Shown here: positions 11,359 to 22,276 of the stretch, piece after piece
How positions within the stretch are numbered: the stretch's first letter is position 1
How the letters are laid out: every line of letters begins with the position of its first letter
Assembly (NCBI GenBank): GCA_038206535.1
Contig: JBBRAV010000009.1
Span: 48,638 to 112,637 of the forward strand
Reading direction: 5' to 3'
DNA: 64,000 bases
Origin: Caulobacterales bacterium
GTDB lineage: Bacteria > Pseudomonadota > Alphaproteobacteria > Caulobacterales > Caulobacteraceae
Made by a program: the position numbers and the translations under genes
Notes under the pieces: generated by a model
Databases searched by the model: none
What the model was told of the DNA's origin: nothing
The model's input: the letters and a program-made list of their open reading frames with translations, nothing else

Positions 11359-11453
11359 CCCGCTTGCCTAGACGAAGCCGCTTTCCGGCGCTACGCCCGC
11401 CGCCGTCCCCTTGTACTGGCGCGGTCGAGGGAACGCGCCTAATAGGCCGTGAT

Positions 11454-12215
11454 ATGGCTGCAGCCGCCTCATTTGGTTATTCCGATGTCGATCCGGTTGA
11501 AAAGCCGCGCCTCGTGCGTGGCGTCTTCGACCGGGTCGCGGGCCGCTACGACCTGATGAATGACCTGATGAGCGGCGGCGTACACCGGCTTTGGAAGGAC
11601 GCCGCGGCGGCGAGGCTCAATCCGCAGCCCGGCGAGGTGATCGTTGATTGCGCCGGCGGCACAGGCGACATGGCGCGACGGCTCGCGACGCTGGCGCGGG
11701 CGGCGGGCCGACGAAGAGCCCAGGGTGACGCCCAGGTCTTCGTGATTGACTACAATGAAGCGATGATCGCGGCCGGGCGAGTCCGCGGCTCGGGGCCTGA
11801 CCCCGCCGTCACCTGGGTCGTCGGCGACGCACAAAGACTGCCGGTTCCGACGCGACACGCCGACGCCTATTGCATCGCCTTTGGCCTGCGCAACGTCACC
11901 GACATAGCCGCCGCGCTCGCCGAAGCGCGCCGGGTGCTGAAGCCGGGCGGCCGTTTCGTGTGTCTCGAGTTCTCGCGACCGGTCACCCGGTCGGTGCGGC
12001 GGGTCTACGATGCCTATTCCTTCAACGCGATCCCGCTAATCGGCGGCCTGGTGGCGGGGGATCAGGCCGCCTACCGCTATCTCGTGGAGAGCATTCGCCG
12101 GTTTCCCGATCAGACGTCTCTGGCGGCGATGATGGAGACGGCCGGTTTTTCCCGCGTCACGGTAACCAACTTCAGCGGCGGGGTTTGCGCGCTCCACCAT
12201 GGCTGGGCGATCTGA
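11454..12215 (+). CDS. ubiE: ubiquinone/menaquinone biosynthesis C-methyltransferase UbiE
   Basis: ATG at 11454. [18 protein letters not shown] and the SAM motif [11 protein letters not shown]. Confidence 0.9.
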   Translation: MAAAASFGYSDVDPVEKPRLVRGVFDRVAGRYDLMNDLMSGGVHRLWKDAAAARLNPQPGEVIVDCAGGTGDMARRLATLARAAGRRRAQGDAQVFVIDYNEAMIAAGRVRGSGPDPAVTWVVGDAQRLPVPTRHADAYCIAFGLRNVTDIAAALAEARRVLKPGGRFVCLEFSRPVTRSVRRVYDAYSFNAIPLIGGLVAGDQAAYRYLVESIRRFPDQTSLAAMMETAGFSRVTVTNFSGGVCALHHGWAI

Positions 12216-12220
12216 CCGCC

Positions 12221-13735
12221 GTGGGCGGGCTTTCGAGCTGGATCAGACTGGCGGGAGCGGCCTGGGTCTTGATACGGGCCGACGCGCTCGTCCCCCGCGA
12301 AATCGACTCCCTGCTGTCGGCAGGCCCTCGCGCCGTCGCCAGGACTCTCAGGCTTTTTGCCGCGCGCGAAGGGCGCGGTCGGCGGCCCGGTCAGAGGCTG
12401 GCCGAGGCTTTCGAGCGGCTCGGACCGGCCGCCATCAAGCTTGGCCAACTCCTGTCGACCAGGGCCGATGTTTTCGGCTCACAGTTCGCGGAGGATCTTT
12501 CGCATTTGAAGGATCGCTTGCCGCCGTTCCCCGACGCCGTGGCGCGTCTGGAAATCGAGCGCGCCTTCGGCAGACCCCTGGCGGAGATGTTTAGCGAATT
12601 CGACGCGCCCCTGGCGGCGGCGTCCCTGGCTCAGGTGCACAGGGCGAGGCTTCTGGATGGACGCGCCGTGGCCGTGAAGGTGCTGCGCCCCAACATAGAG
12701 CGTCGCGTCGCCATGGATGCGGACTCGCTCACGCTCGCCGCGCGTCTCGCCGTGGCATGGGTGCCCGCTTCGCGGCGGCTCGATCCCGTAGCGTTCGCCG
12801 CGGTCGTGACGCGAATGCTGCGCCTCGAGCTCGATCTGCGGTTCGAGGCGGCGGGCGCCGATGAACTGGCCGGCGTGATGGCCGGCGATGCCTACATGGA
12901 AGCGCCGGGTGTGGTCTGGTCAGGCGTGTCGCGGCGCGTGCTGACGCTGGAGTGGGCGCGCGGTGCGCCGCTTTCGGCCCCGCACGCGCTGGGGCAGCCG
13001 GGCATGGAGCGACCGAGGCTGGCCAACAATCTTGTCCGCGCCTTCCTCTCACAGGCGTTGGACCACGGCGCCTTCCATGCCGATCTGCATGAGGGCAATC
13101 TGTTCGTTCAACCGCCGGCCCGCCTGATCGCCGTCGACTTCGGTATCGTCGGCCGGCTGGGCCCTTCCGAACGGCGTTATCTGGCGGAGATCCTCTGGGG
13201 TTTCCTGCGCCGGGACTACCGTCGTGTCGCGGCGGTGCATTTTGAAGCCGGCTATGTGCCGCCCGAACAGGATCCGGCGGCGTTCGCGCAGGCCTTGCGC
13301 GCCGTGGGCGAGCCGCTCTTCGGCAAATCCGCTCGCGACGTGTCGATGAGCCGGCTTCTCAGCCAGCTGTTCGAGATCACCGCGCTCTTCGATATGCGCC
13401 TGCGGCCCGAGCTCGTGCTGCTCCAAAAGAGCATGGTCACCGTCGAGGGCGTGGCGCGCCGGATAGACCCCGGCCACGATATCTGGGCCGCCGCCGAGCC
13501 GGTTGTGCGGCGTTGGATCACACGCGAGCTGTCGCCAGTCTCCCGCGTAAGCGCCCTGGCAGCCGACGCGCGGGACGCGCTGGCCGTGCTCGCTCGACGC
13601 GATGTTCAAACTCCTCCTCCTCCCACGCATAGCCGCGCGGTTGAGGCGCCACAGGCGGGTACGCCCTGGATCGCCTATACCGCGGGCGTCCTAACGGCGG
13701 CGCTGGCGTTCGTGATCGCGGCGCTGATCCGTTGA
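12221..13735 (+). CDS. ubiB: ubiquinone biosynthesis regulatory kinase-like protein UbiB (ABC1 family)
   Basis: In-frame GTG at 12221 just after the ubiE stop. AASLAQVHRA, VAVKVLRP, HADLHEGNL, and a C-terminal TM segment. Confidence 0.88.
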   Translation: MGGLSSWIRLAGAAWVLIRADALVPREIDSLLSAGPRAVARTLRLFAAREGRGRRPGQRLAEAFERLGPAAIKLGQLLSTRADVFGSQFAEDLSHLKDRLPPFPDAVARLEIERAFGRPLAEMFSEFDAPLAAASLAQVHRARLLDGRAVAVKVLRPNIERRVAMDADSLTLAARLAVAWVPASRRLDPVAFAAVVTRMLRLELDLRFEAAGADELAGVMAGDAYMEAPGVVWSGVSRRVLTLEWARGAPLSAPHALGQPGMERPRLANNLVRAFLSQALDHGAFHADLHEGNLFVQPPARLIAVDFGIVGRLGPSERRYLAEILWGFLRRDYRRVAAVHFEAGYVPPEQDPAAFAQALRAVGEPLFGKSARDVSMSRLLSQLFEITALFDMRLRPELVLLQKSMVTVEGVARRIDPGHDIWAAAEPVVRRWITRELSPVSRVSALAADARDALAVLARRDVQTPPPPTHSRAVEAPQAGTPWIAYTAGVLTAALAFVIAALIR

Positions 13736-13755
13736 TCCGGATCGCCGACCCAGTA

Positions 13756-14298
13756 TCAACCCTGGTCGCCGCTCGAAATCCCGCCCCCCTCGGGACGCGG
13801 GCTCTCCCGGTCCCTTTGTTGGGTCCAATAGGATACGCCGCCACGGGGCTTGAACATCGTCCTTGGCGCCCCCTCGCTCGAGACGACGGCGAACACATTC
13901 TGCTTCGGATCGTAGAGCAGGCGATCGCCGTTACGACGATCCACGGTCTGAATGTCCGTCGGCGGATGGTCGATGAACGCGTGAGCCTTGGCCACATAGT
14001 CCGCTTCGCTCGAGGCGCCGAAATCGCGCCCGTTCCTGGTGAACTGATACTGTGCGTTTTCCTCGGCGGTATGCGTGCGATTGGACGCCCACATCGGCTT
14101 GCCGTCGACCTTGGGGACGTTCGAGTCCCTCTGGCCGGTGTAGGAGGCGCGCTCGGCGTAGGCGGCCGGCGCGCTTTGTTGAGGCGCCCCGCCGACCGAT
14201 TGCCCCCCAGCGCCCGCCACGGCGGATGGTTTGCCTCCGCATGCGCAAACTGCGAGCGCGAGCCCCATCGTCGCCCCGCATAAAAGCAACTTTCTCAT
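13756..14298 (-). CDS. hypothetical lipoprotein
   Basis: MRKLLLCGATMGLALAVCAC lipobox. GGGAG Shine-Dalgarno about 8 nt upstream of the ATG at 14298. I recognise no family. Confidence 0.55.
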   Translation of the reverse strand: MRKLLLCGATMGLALAVCACGGKPSAVAGAGGQSVGGAPQQSAPAAYAERASYTGQRDSNVPKVDGKPMWASNRTHTAEENAQYQFTRNGRDFGASSEADYVAKAHAFIDHPPTDIQTVDRRNGDRLLYDPKQNVFAVVSSEGAPRTMFKPRGGVSYWTQQRDRESPRPEGGGISSGDQG

Positions 14299-14501
14299 GA
14301 TCATCTCCCATCCGCGCCACAAGCGGCGTCCGGAACAAAATGCGAACATTTCGCCGAGTGTGTCCAGCACCCAAACATCAATTGTTACAAATTGTGATTT
14401 AGTGTGGGACGCGCGCATTGCTCCGGCGCCCAGTTCGTCGCCGACGCCCCCCTTCTTTATCGTCTCTCGAGATGGTGTTCCGCCAAGGTGTTTCGCGCTA
14501 C

Positions 14502-15734
14502 ATGCGGAGAGGTTCGTTCACAACGGGAGGCCGTCGGCGCTTGGACAGGCAGAGGGTGCTTTTGATCGTCGGTGGCGGCATCGCCGCCTACAAGGCGCTC
14601 GAGCTTGCCCGCCTGCTGAAAAAGGCCGGCATCGAGATCACCCCGATCCTCACCAGCGCCGGCGCCAGGTTCGTGACCCCGCTTTCGCTCTCCGCCCTGA
14701 CCGAGGAAGCTGTTCGCGACGACCTCTTCTCGCTGACCGATGAAGCGACGATGGGGCATATCGAACTCTCACGATCCGCCGACCTCGTGGTCGTCGTCCC
14801 GGCCACCGCCGATCTCATGGCCAAGGCCGCCAACGGTCTGGCCGACGATCTGGCGACCGCCGTGCTGCTGGCGACCGACAAGCCGGTCCTGATGGCGCCG
14901 GCGATGAACGTCAAGATGTGGCTGCATCCGGCTACCCGACGAAACGTCGCGCGTCTGGCGGCCGACGGCGTGTCGATCGTCGGCCCCGACGAGGGGGCGA
15001 TGGCCTGCGGAGAATTCGGACCCGGCCGGCTGGCCGAGCCTTCCGTGATCTTCGACGCGATCCTCGAGGCCCTCGACCCGTCCAGGCGAACCCTGCGCGG
15101 CCGCCACGTCCTGGTCACCGCCGGCCCGACCGCCGAGCCGATCGACCCCGTGCGTTTTCTCACGAACCGTTCGAGCGGAAAGCAGGGCTATGCGATCGCG
15201 CAGGCCCTGGCGGCGGCGGGCGCGCGGGTGACGCTGGTGTCGGGGCCGACTTCTCTCGCCACGCCGCCCGGCGTCAACCGGGTCGATGTGGAAACCGCAT
15301 GTCAGATGCTTCAGGCGTGCGAGGCGGCTCTGCCGGCCGACGCGGCGGTTTGCGTGGCGGCGGTTTCCGACTGGCGCCCGGACGCCGTGTTTGGCGTCAA
15401 GATCAAGAAGGGCCGCGAGGGTCCCCCGACGCTCACGCTGGTCGAAAATCCGGACATCCTCGCCCGGTTGGCCGCGCCCGGCCAGGCCCGGCCGCGGCTG
15501 GTGGTCGGATTCGCGGCCGAGACCAACCATCTCGAGGAGAACGCCCGCGCCAAGCTGGCGCGCAAGGGCTGCGACTGGGTGGTCGGCAATGACGTGAGCG
15601 AGGCGGCGATCATGGGGGGAGATGTGAATGAGGTGCTGCTGGTGACCGCCGCCGGGACGGAGCGTTGGCCGAGGGCCGCGAAGTCTGAAGTGGCGCAGCG
15701 ACTGGCCGCACGCATTGCGGAGGCGCTCGCATGA
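14502..15734 (+). CDS. coaBC: bifunctional phosphopantothenoylcysteine decarboxylase / phosphopantothenate-cysteine ligase
   Basis: [17 protein letters not shown] flavoprotein N-domain, PAMNVKMW, and a C-terminal CoaB domain. Start chosen at ATG 14502; ATG 14472 is possible. Confidence 0.9.
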   Translation: MRRGSFTTGGRRRLDRQRVLLIVGGGIAAYKALELARLLKKAGIEITPILTSAGARFVTPLSLSALTEEAVRDDLFSLTDEATMGHIELSRSADLVVVVPATADLMAKAANGLADDLATAVLLATDKPVLMAPAMNVKMWLHPATRRNVARLAADGVSIVGPDEGAMACGEFGPGRLAEPSVIFDAILEALDPSRRTLRGRHVLVTAGPTAEPIDPVRFLTNRSSGKQGYAIAQALAAAGARVTLVSGPTSLATPPGVNRVDVETACQMLQACEAALPADAAVCVAAVSDWRPDAVFGVKIKKGREGPPTLTLVENPDILARLAAPGQARPRLVVGFAAETNHLEENARAKLARKGCDWVVGNDVSEAAIMGGDVNEVLLVTAAGTERWPRAAKSEVAQRLAARIAEALA

Positions 15735-16186
15735 GCCCGGACGTCGGTGTCATGCGCCTCGAACACGGCCGCGATCTCCCGCTCCCCGCCTACGAGACAG
15801 CCGGCGCGGCCGGCATGGACCTTCGCGCGGCCGTGGCGGAGGATCAGCCGTTGGTCCTGCGCCCGGGCTCCCGCATGGCCGTCCCCACCGGGCTGGCGAT
15901 CGCCTTGCCGCCCGGCCACGAGGCTCAGGTGCGTCCTCGTTCCGGCCTCGCGCTACGCCATGGCGTGACGTTGTTGAACTCCCCCGGCACCGTCGACGCC
16001 GACTATCGCGGCGAGATCAAGGCGACACTGATCAACCTTGGTGAAGAGGATTTCATCATCCGGCGCGGCGATCGCATCGCGCAGCTGGTGATCGCGCCGG
16101 TCGAGCAGGCGACTTGGCGGGAAGTGGACAGTCTCGACGGGACGGCGCGCGGCGTCGGTGGTTTCGGATCGACCGGGCATAGGTAA
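15731..16186 (+). CDS. dut: dUTP diphosphatase
   Basis: ATG overlaps the coaBC stop (ATGA). [17 protein letters not shown] and [10 protein letters not shown] motifs. Confidence 0.95.
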   Translation: MSPDVGVMRLEHGRDLPLPAYETAGAAGMDLRAAVAEDQPLVLRPGSRMAVPTGLAIALPPGHEAQVRPRSGLALRHGVTLLNSPGTVDADYRGEIKATLINLGEEDFIIRRGDRIAQLVIAPVEQATWREVDSLDGTARGVGGFGSTGHR

Positions 16187-16436
16187 GGTCGCCAGCTCGT
16201 GTCTGGCGGCGTGGCGCGGAGCTTCCCAAATCGGCGAGCCGCTTCCGCCCGTTGGACCGGCACGATCGAGCCTGGACCGGCTTGGTAATCGGCGATGGCT
16301 TTCCGAACAGCACGACGCGTTCGAGCCGTTGGCCATTCAGTTCCGCGAGCGTGTTGCGGAATCGCATAAGGATTAGGATCGCTGGCAATCCCGCCGTTCA
16401 TGTCTTGTTCCTATGGCAACGAGCCGCGGAAGCCAA

Positions 16437-17222
16437 TCAGTCCCGGAACCCTAGCACGTCGGCCATGGCGTAGAGGCCGGGTCTTCGTGTCGACACCCAC
16501 AGCGCCGCGGTGACCGCACCGCGCGCGAACAGGCGCCGGTCGCGGGCCGAATGGGACAGGGTGACGATCTCATCCTCCGCGGCGAAGACCACGCTGTGCT
16601 CGCCGACGATGCCGCCGCCGCGGAGCGACGAAAAGCCGATCTCGCCACTCCGGCGCGGTTCTCCGACGCCGTCGCGGGCTCGCGCCATCAACTGGTCGAG
16701 GGCGACGCCCCTGCCTGCCGCCGCGGCGTCCCCCAGCATCAGGGCGGTGCCGGACGGCGCGTCGCGCTTGCGTCTGTGGTGCGCCTCGAGGATTTCTATG
16801 TCCCAGTCTTCCGCCGAGAGCCGGCGCGCGGCTTCTTCGACGAGGCCGGCGAGGACATTCACGCCGATCGAGAAGTTGCCCGACTTGACGATGGCTATAC
16901 TCCGCGACGCATCGAGGATCGCGGCGCTTTCTTCCGCGGAGAAGCCGGTGGCGCCGATCACCAGGGCGGGGCCGCCTCTCCCCGCGGCCAGGCCGGCAAG
17001 CTCGGTTGACGCGCCTGGCGTCGAGAAGTCGATGATGACGTCCGTTTCCGCCAGAGCCTCTTCGATTGTCGCCAGCGTTGGGTCACGCGCCACGCCGTCG
17101 CCACTTGGCCGGCCCAAGAGCAACCGTATGAGCACGTCGTCGCACTGGTCCGCGACGTCCGTCACCGATCGACCCATGCGGCCCATGGCCCCGGCCACGC
17201 CAATCCTGAGTATGCCGGCCAT
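16437..17222 (-). CDS. dapB: 4-hydroxy-tetrahydrodipicolinate reductase
   Basis: [15 protein letters not shown](P)-binding N-terminus, [15 protein letters not shown] catalytic motif, 261 aa. Confidence 0.92.
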   Translation of the reverse strand: MAGILRIGVAGAMGRMGRSVTDVADQCDDVLIRLLLGRPSGDGVARDPTLATIEEALAETDVIIDFSTPGASTELAGLAAGRGGPALVIGATGFSAEESAAILDASRSIAIVKSGNFSIGVNVLAGLVEEAARRLSAEDWDIEILEAHHRRKRDAPSGTALMLGDAAAAGRGVALDQLMARARDGVGEPRRSGEIGFSSLRGGGIVGEHSVVFAAEDEIVTLSHSARDRRLFARGAVTAALWVSTRRPGLYAMADVLGFRD

Positions 17223-17472
17223 GTGTCGACGCGACCTTGGAAACGTGCGACCTTGCCCCGATGGCGTTTGTGTCGCGCAGCGATTCCGCGCCTATGTCCC
17301 TCGCCGATCCCGGCCCGGTCAACCACCAACGCGCATACCGCTCACGACCGCGGCTTTGCGTTGGATCAGAGGTTTTTGCAATTATCCTTGTCGTCGACCG
17401 CCCTTGGCGTCGATAGGGGGCGTGATCCGATCAAACGACGCCCCGGAGGCGCAAGCGAGTCAGCGGAAGACC

Positions 17473-19779
17473 ATGAGCGAGCCTGAAAAAAAGACATTCA
17501 CCGACGAGGAGGCGCTGGCCTTCCACCGCTATCCCACGCCTGGAAAGATCGCCGTAGTGGCGACCAAGCCCATGGCGACTCAACGTGATCTTTCGCTGGC
17601 CTATTCGCCGGGCGTCGCCGCGCCGGTTCTGGCGATCGCCCAGGACCCCGACCTCGCCTATGAATACACCTCCAAGGGAAATCTGGTCGCCGTGATCACC
17701 AACGGGACGGCCATTCTGGGTCTCGGGGATCGGGGCGCGGCCGCCGCCAAGCCGGTGATGGAAGGCAAATCGGTCCTCTTCAAGCGCTTCGCCGACGTCG
17801 ACAGCATCGACATCGAGGTCTCCTCCCGCGACCCCGACGAGATCATCACCGTCATCAAGAACATCGGCGTCACGTTCGGCGGCATCAACCTCGAGGACAT
17901 CAAGGCGCCCGAGTGTTTCCGGATCGAGACGGAACTCCAGGAGCTTCTGGATATCCCGGTCTTTCACGACGACCAGCACGGCACGGCGATCATCTCGGCG
18001 GCCGGCCTGATCAACGCCTGCGCGATCACCGGACGGCGACTGGAAGACGTGAAGATCGTCCTCTGCGGCGCGGGCGCTGCGGGCATCGCCACGCTCGACC
18101 TGGTCAAGGCCATGGGCGCGCGACACGAGAACTGCATCGCCGTCGACAATACCGGCGTGATCTATCGCGGCCGGGTGAAGGGCATGAACCAGTGGAAGTC
18201 CGCGCACGCCGTGGATACCGACGCGCGGACATTGGCCGACGCCATGGTGGGCGCCGACGTGTTCCTCGGCGTTTCGGTGAAAGGCGCCGTCAGCCAGGAC
18301 ATGGTGCGGACGATGGCGGACAAGCCGATCGTCTTCGCCATGGCCAATCCCGATCCCGAGATCACGCCGGAAGAAGTGCACGCCGTACGGCCCGATGCGA
18401 TCGTCGCCACGGGACGCTCGGACTATCCCAACCAGGTCAACAACGTGCTGGGCTTTCCCTATATCTTTCGCGGCGCTCTGGATGTGAGAGCCCGGCGCGT
18501 GAATCTCGAGATGAAGATCGCCTGTGCGAACGCCCTTGCCGCCCTGGCGCGCGAGGACGTTCCCGACGAGGTGTCGGCCGCCTACCAGGGCCAACATCTC
18601 AAGTTCGGCCCGCAATACATCATCCCCACGCCGTTCGACCCGAGGCTGATCCATTATATCCCCCCGTTCGTGGCGCAGGCGGCGATGGACACCGGCGTGG
18701 CGCGCCGCCCCATCCCCGACATGGACGCCTATCGCGACAGCCTGGCCAGGCGCGCCGATCCGACCGCCGGACTGCTGCAGAAGATATCGATGGCGCTGCA
18801 GTCGGGTCCGCGCAAGCGCATCGTTTTCGCCGAGGGCGAGGAAGCCAGCGTCATCCGCGCCGCCCATGCATTTCAGAGTCAGGGTCTGGGCACGGCCATC
18901 CTGGTCGGTCGCGAGGAACTGGTCGAGCACAACATGCGGCTCGCCGGGCTCGATCCGGCGGAGACGAAGCTGGAAGTCATCAACGCGCGCGTTTCGGTTC
19001 AGGGATCGGACTACATCGACGCGCTCTACGGCCGTCTGCAACGGCACGGCTATCTCAAGCGCGATGTGCAGCGCCTCATTCACCAGGACCGCAACTCGTT
19101 CGCGGCGTCCATGTTGGCCGCGGGCCACGCCGACGGCATGGTGACCGGCGTCACCCGCAACTTCGATCAGGTGCTGGTCGAGGTCATGCGGGTGATTGAT
19201 CCCGGGCCGGGTGGGAGGCTGATCGGCATGTCGATCGTGCTGGCCAAGGGTCGGACATTGTTCATTGCGGACACCAATGTCACCGAAATGCCTGACGCCA
19301 TCGACCTGGTCGAGATCGCCTGCGAAGCCGCGCGGACCGTCCGCAATCTCGGGTTCACGCCGCGTCTGGCCTTCATGTCCTATTCGGCCTTCGGCAACCC
19401 GATGGGCGAACGCGCCGAGAAGGTCCGCGAGGCGGTGTCGATGCTCGACGCCCGTGGCGATATCGATTTCGAATATGAAGGCGAGATGCCGCCCGAACTG
19501 GCGCTCGATCCAGCGTCGCGGGCGAACTATCCCTTCATGCGTCTGACCGATGAAGCCAATGTCCTGATCATGCCGGCGATCCATTCGGCGTCGATCTCAA
19601 CCAAACTTCTGCAAGCGCTCGGCGAGGCGACCGTCATCGGGCCGATCCTCGTGGGCCTCTCGAAACCCGTGCAGATCTGCCCGTTGTCGGCCTCGGTTTC
19701 GAAGATTCTGATGATGGCGCAGATGGCCGCCTATGAGAGTCCGCTCGCCGACCTGCCGCACGTGGTCGCCGTTTCATGA
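17473..19779 (+). CDS. maeB: NADP-dependent malic enzyme (malic enzyme + phosphotransacetylase-like domain)
   Basis: ATG at 17473 (MSEPEKKTFTDEEALAFHRYPTPGKI). LAYSPGVAAP, GTAILGLGD, and a PTA-like C-terminal half. The upstream 321 codons of the ORF-track entry are antisense to dapB. Confidence 0.93.
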   Translation: MSEPEKKTFTDEEALAFHRYPTPGKIAVVATKPMATQRDLSLAYSPGVAAPVLAIAQDPDLAYEYTSKGNLVAVITNGTAILGLGDRGAAAAKPVMEGKSVLFKRFADVDSIDIEVSSRDPDEIITVIKNIGVTFGGINLEDIKAPECFRIETELQELLDIPVFHDDQHGTAIISAAGLINACAITGRRLEDVKIVLCGAGAAGIATLDLVKAMGARHENCIAVDNTGVIYRGRVKGMNQWKSAHAVDTDARTLADAMVGADVFLGVSVKGAVSQDMVRTMADKPIVFAMANPDPEITPEEVHAVRPDAIVATGRSDYPNQVNNVLGFPYIFRGALDVRARRVNLEMKIACANALAALAREDVPDEVSAAYQGQHLKFGPQYIIPTPFDPRLIHYIPPFVAQAAMDTGVARRPIPDMDAYRDSLARRADPTAGLLQKISMALQSGPRKRIVFAEGEEASVIRAAHAFQSQGLGTAILVGREELVEHNMRLAGLDPAETKLEVINARVSVQGSDYIDALYGRLQRHGYLKRDVQRLIHQDRNSFAASMLAAGHADGMVTGVTRNFDQVLVEVMRVIDPGPGGRLIGMSIVLAKGRTLFIADTNVTEMPDAIDLVEIACEAARTVRNLGFTPRLAFMSYSAFGNPMGERAEKVREAVSMLDARGDIDFEYEGEMPPELALDPASRANYPFMRLTDEANVLIMPAIHSASISTKLLQALGEATVIGPILVGLSKPVQICPLSASVSKILMMAQMAAYESPLADLPHVVAVS

Positions 19780-19873
19780 TAACGCCCGCGCCTTCCAACT
19801 GACGTCCGGCTAGCCTTGTTTCAACTTGGCTACGGTCGGGCGAGCCCCGAACCAGGCTGTCAAGGAGAGGCTC

Positions 19874-21184
19874 ATGTCGCACGTCGCGCGCGGCGCCATC
19901 GGAATTGATTTTGGGACGACCAACACGGTGGTGTCGCTGATCGGCGACGACGGCCGGGCCCATCTCGTCGCGTTTCCCTATCTCGACGAGGAGATCGTCG
20001 CGTTTCGCTCGGCGCTGAGTTTCCACGCGCCCGCCGATGATCCAAGCGGCCGGGTCGTGGAGGCGGGGCCATGGGCCATCGACGCCTATGTTGAAGAACC
20101 ATTGGAGACCCGCTTCATCCAGTCGTTCAAGAGCTACGCGGCCAGCCCGCTGTTCCAGGACACCCGCGTGCTAGGCCGCCGCTATCAATTCGAAGATCTC
20201 CTCTCCACGTTCCTGTTGCGCCTGCGCTCGCACGCCGGTCTGGCCATGGAGAACTTGCCCCCGACGGCGATAATCGGCCGGCCCGTCACCTTCGCGGGGG
20301 CCCGACCCGATGCGTCGCTCGCGCTCGCGCGATATCAGGCGGCGTTCGCCCGTCTGGGTTTCAGCGACATCCGCTACGCCTACGAGCCGGTCGCGGCGGC
20401 GTTCTTTTTCGCCCGCCGGTTGCAAGGCGAGGCGACCGTGCTCGTCGGCGACTTCGGCGGCGGCACCAGCGATTTCTCCGTCGTGCGGTTCGAGGCGGAC
20501 GACGGCGCGCTGCGGTCGACGGCGCTGGCCAACGCCGGCGTCGGGGTGGCGGGAGACGCCTTCGACTACCGCATCATCGATCATCTCGTCTCGCCTGAAC
20601 TGGGTCGCGGCTCGCGTTACAAGGCGTTTGACAATATCCTCCCGGTCCCCAACCGCTACTACACGGCGTTCGCCAGATGGGAGCAGCTTGCGTTGCTCAG
20701 AGCGTCCCGCGACATGCGTGATATTCGAGGATTGCTGCGAAGTTCACTGGAGCGTGAGAAAATCGCTCGTCTCGTGGAGGTCCTCGACGGCAATCACGGC
20801 TACCGTCTCTACCAGGCGGTGTCGCGTTTGAAGGAGACGTTGTCGGTGGCCCCCCTGGCGACGTTTCTGTTCGAAGCCGGCTCCGTCCGCATCGAAAAGC
20901 CGGTGGCTCGCGACGAGTTCGAAGTCTGGATAGCGCCCGAGCTCGCCGCCATCGAAGCGGCCGTGGAAGAGGCGTTGCAACGCGCGGGCTTGGAGGGGGA
21001 GGGCGTCGACCGCGTGTTTCTCACCGGCGGCTCGTCCTTCGTCCCCGCTGTGCGCCGTTTGTTCGCCCGTCGCTTCGGCGACGACAAACTCGAGAGCGGA
21101 GGCGAGCTCGTCTCGATTGCTTCAGGGCTGGCCTACATCGGCGCGCGCCAGGATCTCGAACGCTGGTGCGAGACAGCAGCGTAA
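19874..21184 (+). CDS. Hsp70-family ATPase-domain protein (YegD-like)
   Basis: AAGGAGAGG Shine-Dalgarno then ATG at 19874. IGIDFGTTNTVV, GDFGGGTSDFSVV and VFLTGGSSFVP actin-like ATPase motifs. No substrate-binding domain (436 aa). Confidence 0.8.
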   Translation: MSHVARGAIGIDFGTTNTVVSLIGDDGRAHLVAFPYLDEEIVAFRSALSFHAPADDPSGRVVEAGPWAIDAYVEEPLETRFIQSFKSYAASPLFQDTRVLGRRYQFEDLLSTFLLRLRSHAGLAMENLPPTAIIGRPVTFAGARPDASLALARYQAAFARLGFSDIRYAYEPVAAAFFFARRLQGEATVLVGDFGGGTSDFSVVRFEADDGALRSTALANAGVGVAGDAFDYRIIDHLVSPELGRGSRYKAFDNILPVPNRYYTAFARWEQLALLRASRDMRDIRGLLRSSLEREKIARLVEVLDGNHGYRLYQAVSRLKETLSVAPLATFLFEAGSVRIEKPVARDEFEVWIAPELAAIEAAVEEALQRAGLEGEGVDRVFLTGGSSFVPAVRRLFARRFGDDKLESGGELVSIASGLAYIGARQDLERWCETAA

Positions 21185-21317
21185 GAATGGGCCGCGGGCC
21201 GCACGAACGCTTCGGGGGAAGCTTGGAAGACTTTTGGGGCGCGCGACGGCGCGCAATCGATGCGCCGACGGCCGCCACTGGGCAGAGGCGCCGTTCGCGG
21301 TCTAAACAACAAAACGC

Positions 21318-22247
21318 TCACTCTTTGAGCCGGTACGCTTCTCCCTCGCGCGTCACCCAGCCGGCGGTCGGCGCCGCAAAATGCGTGCCTATAAACAGGA
21401 TCGGTTGGTCCGCGACCTCTTCAAGGAGAGCGCTGCGGGTCGACACGGCGCCAGCTGGATCGGTGTCGAAGGGCAGTGTCCACTCGGGATGCGCCATTTG
21501 ACAGGGATGGTGAATCGCGTCGCCGCTGATGATCGCGGTCTCGCCCTTGGACTGAATGACCACGCTCACATGCCCAGGCGTGTGACCAGGTGTGGGCTTG
21601 AGGCGGATTTCATCGGAGAGGCGATGGTCCGTCTCCACCAGGTGTGCGAGACCCGCGTCGAAGAGCGGCGTCACGGAGTCGGTCAGTACGGTCTGCTGCT
21701 CCTCGTCCGCCGCTGCGCTCCAATGTCGAAACTCTTCGCGGCCGATCAGATAGCGCGCCCTTGGAAAGGTCGCGACCCAGCGACCATCTTCGAGCATGGT
21801 GTTCCAGCCCACATGATCGACGTGCAGATGGGTGCATACGACCGCGTCGACGCCATCGCGCGTCCAGCCGACATCTGCCAGGCGCTCCAGGAAGCCGGTC
21901 GAGAGGCTTCTCCCACCCAGCATCCGGCGCGGACGGTCGTTGCCCACACAGGTGTCGACCACCAGCCGCAACCCAGGCGCGTCCACCAGAAGCGCGTGGA
22001 TGGAAAGGCGCAGATAGCCTTCGTCGGTCACATAATGGGGATGCAGCCAGGGGACGGATTTCAGCGCTTCGGGCCGAGCCTCGGGCATGAACGGGTGTTT
22101 GTCGCTGTAGACGACCGGAAACTCCTGTTCCAACACGCGCGTGATCGTCACGTCGCCGATCTTCCAGCTCAGCACGAACGTCCTCCGTCTATAGGTTACC
22201 GGGCGCGCCCGTTCCGCAACGTCATGCGTCGCCCCGACCCTTTGCAT
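21318..22247 (-). CDS. MBL-fold metallo-hydrolase
   Basis: HLHVDHVGWN (HxHxDH), TPGHTPGH and ISGDAIHH. Start taken at ATG 22247, 30 nt after the upstream gene's stop. Confidence 0.8.
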   Translation of the reverse strand: MQRVGATHDVAERARPVTYRRRTFVLSWKIGDVTITRVLEQEFPVVYSDKHPFMPEARPEALKSVPWLHPHYVTDEGYLRLSIHALLVDAPGLRLVVDTCVGNDRPRRMLGGRSLSTGFLERLADVGWTRDGVDAVVCTHLHVDHVGWNTMLEDGRWVATFPRARYLIGREEFRHWSAAADEEQQTVLTDSVTPLFDAGLAHLVETDHRLSDEIRLKPTPGHTPGHVSVVIQSKGETAIISGDAIHHPCQMAHPEWTLPFDTDPAGAVSTRSALLEEVADQPILFIGTHFAAPTAGWVTREGEAYRLKE

Positions 22248-22276
22248 GGTCGTCCGCCGCAGGCAAACGCTGGACG

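Noticed and set aside
16187-16436. Small overlapping ORFs between dut and dapB. Examples: minus-strand MRFRNTLAELNGQRLERVVLFGKPSPI..., and plus-strand 16158-16376.
   Set aside because: Hand-counted third-position G+C is only about 70 percent on both strands, whereas real genes here look clearly higher by eye (not counted). All extend into dut. No motifs. I considered a degraded toxin-antitoxin remnant but found nothing to support it.
16510-17472. N-terminal 321 codons of the 1089-aa ORF that contains maeB. The 717-aa ORF 17431-19584 antisense to maeB belongs to the same class.
   Set aside because: The extension is antisense to dapB and is Ser/Ala/Arg/Pro-rich. maeB homologues start at MSEPEKK... 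(17473). The minus-strand ORF has no motifs.
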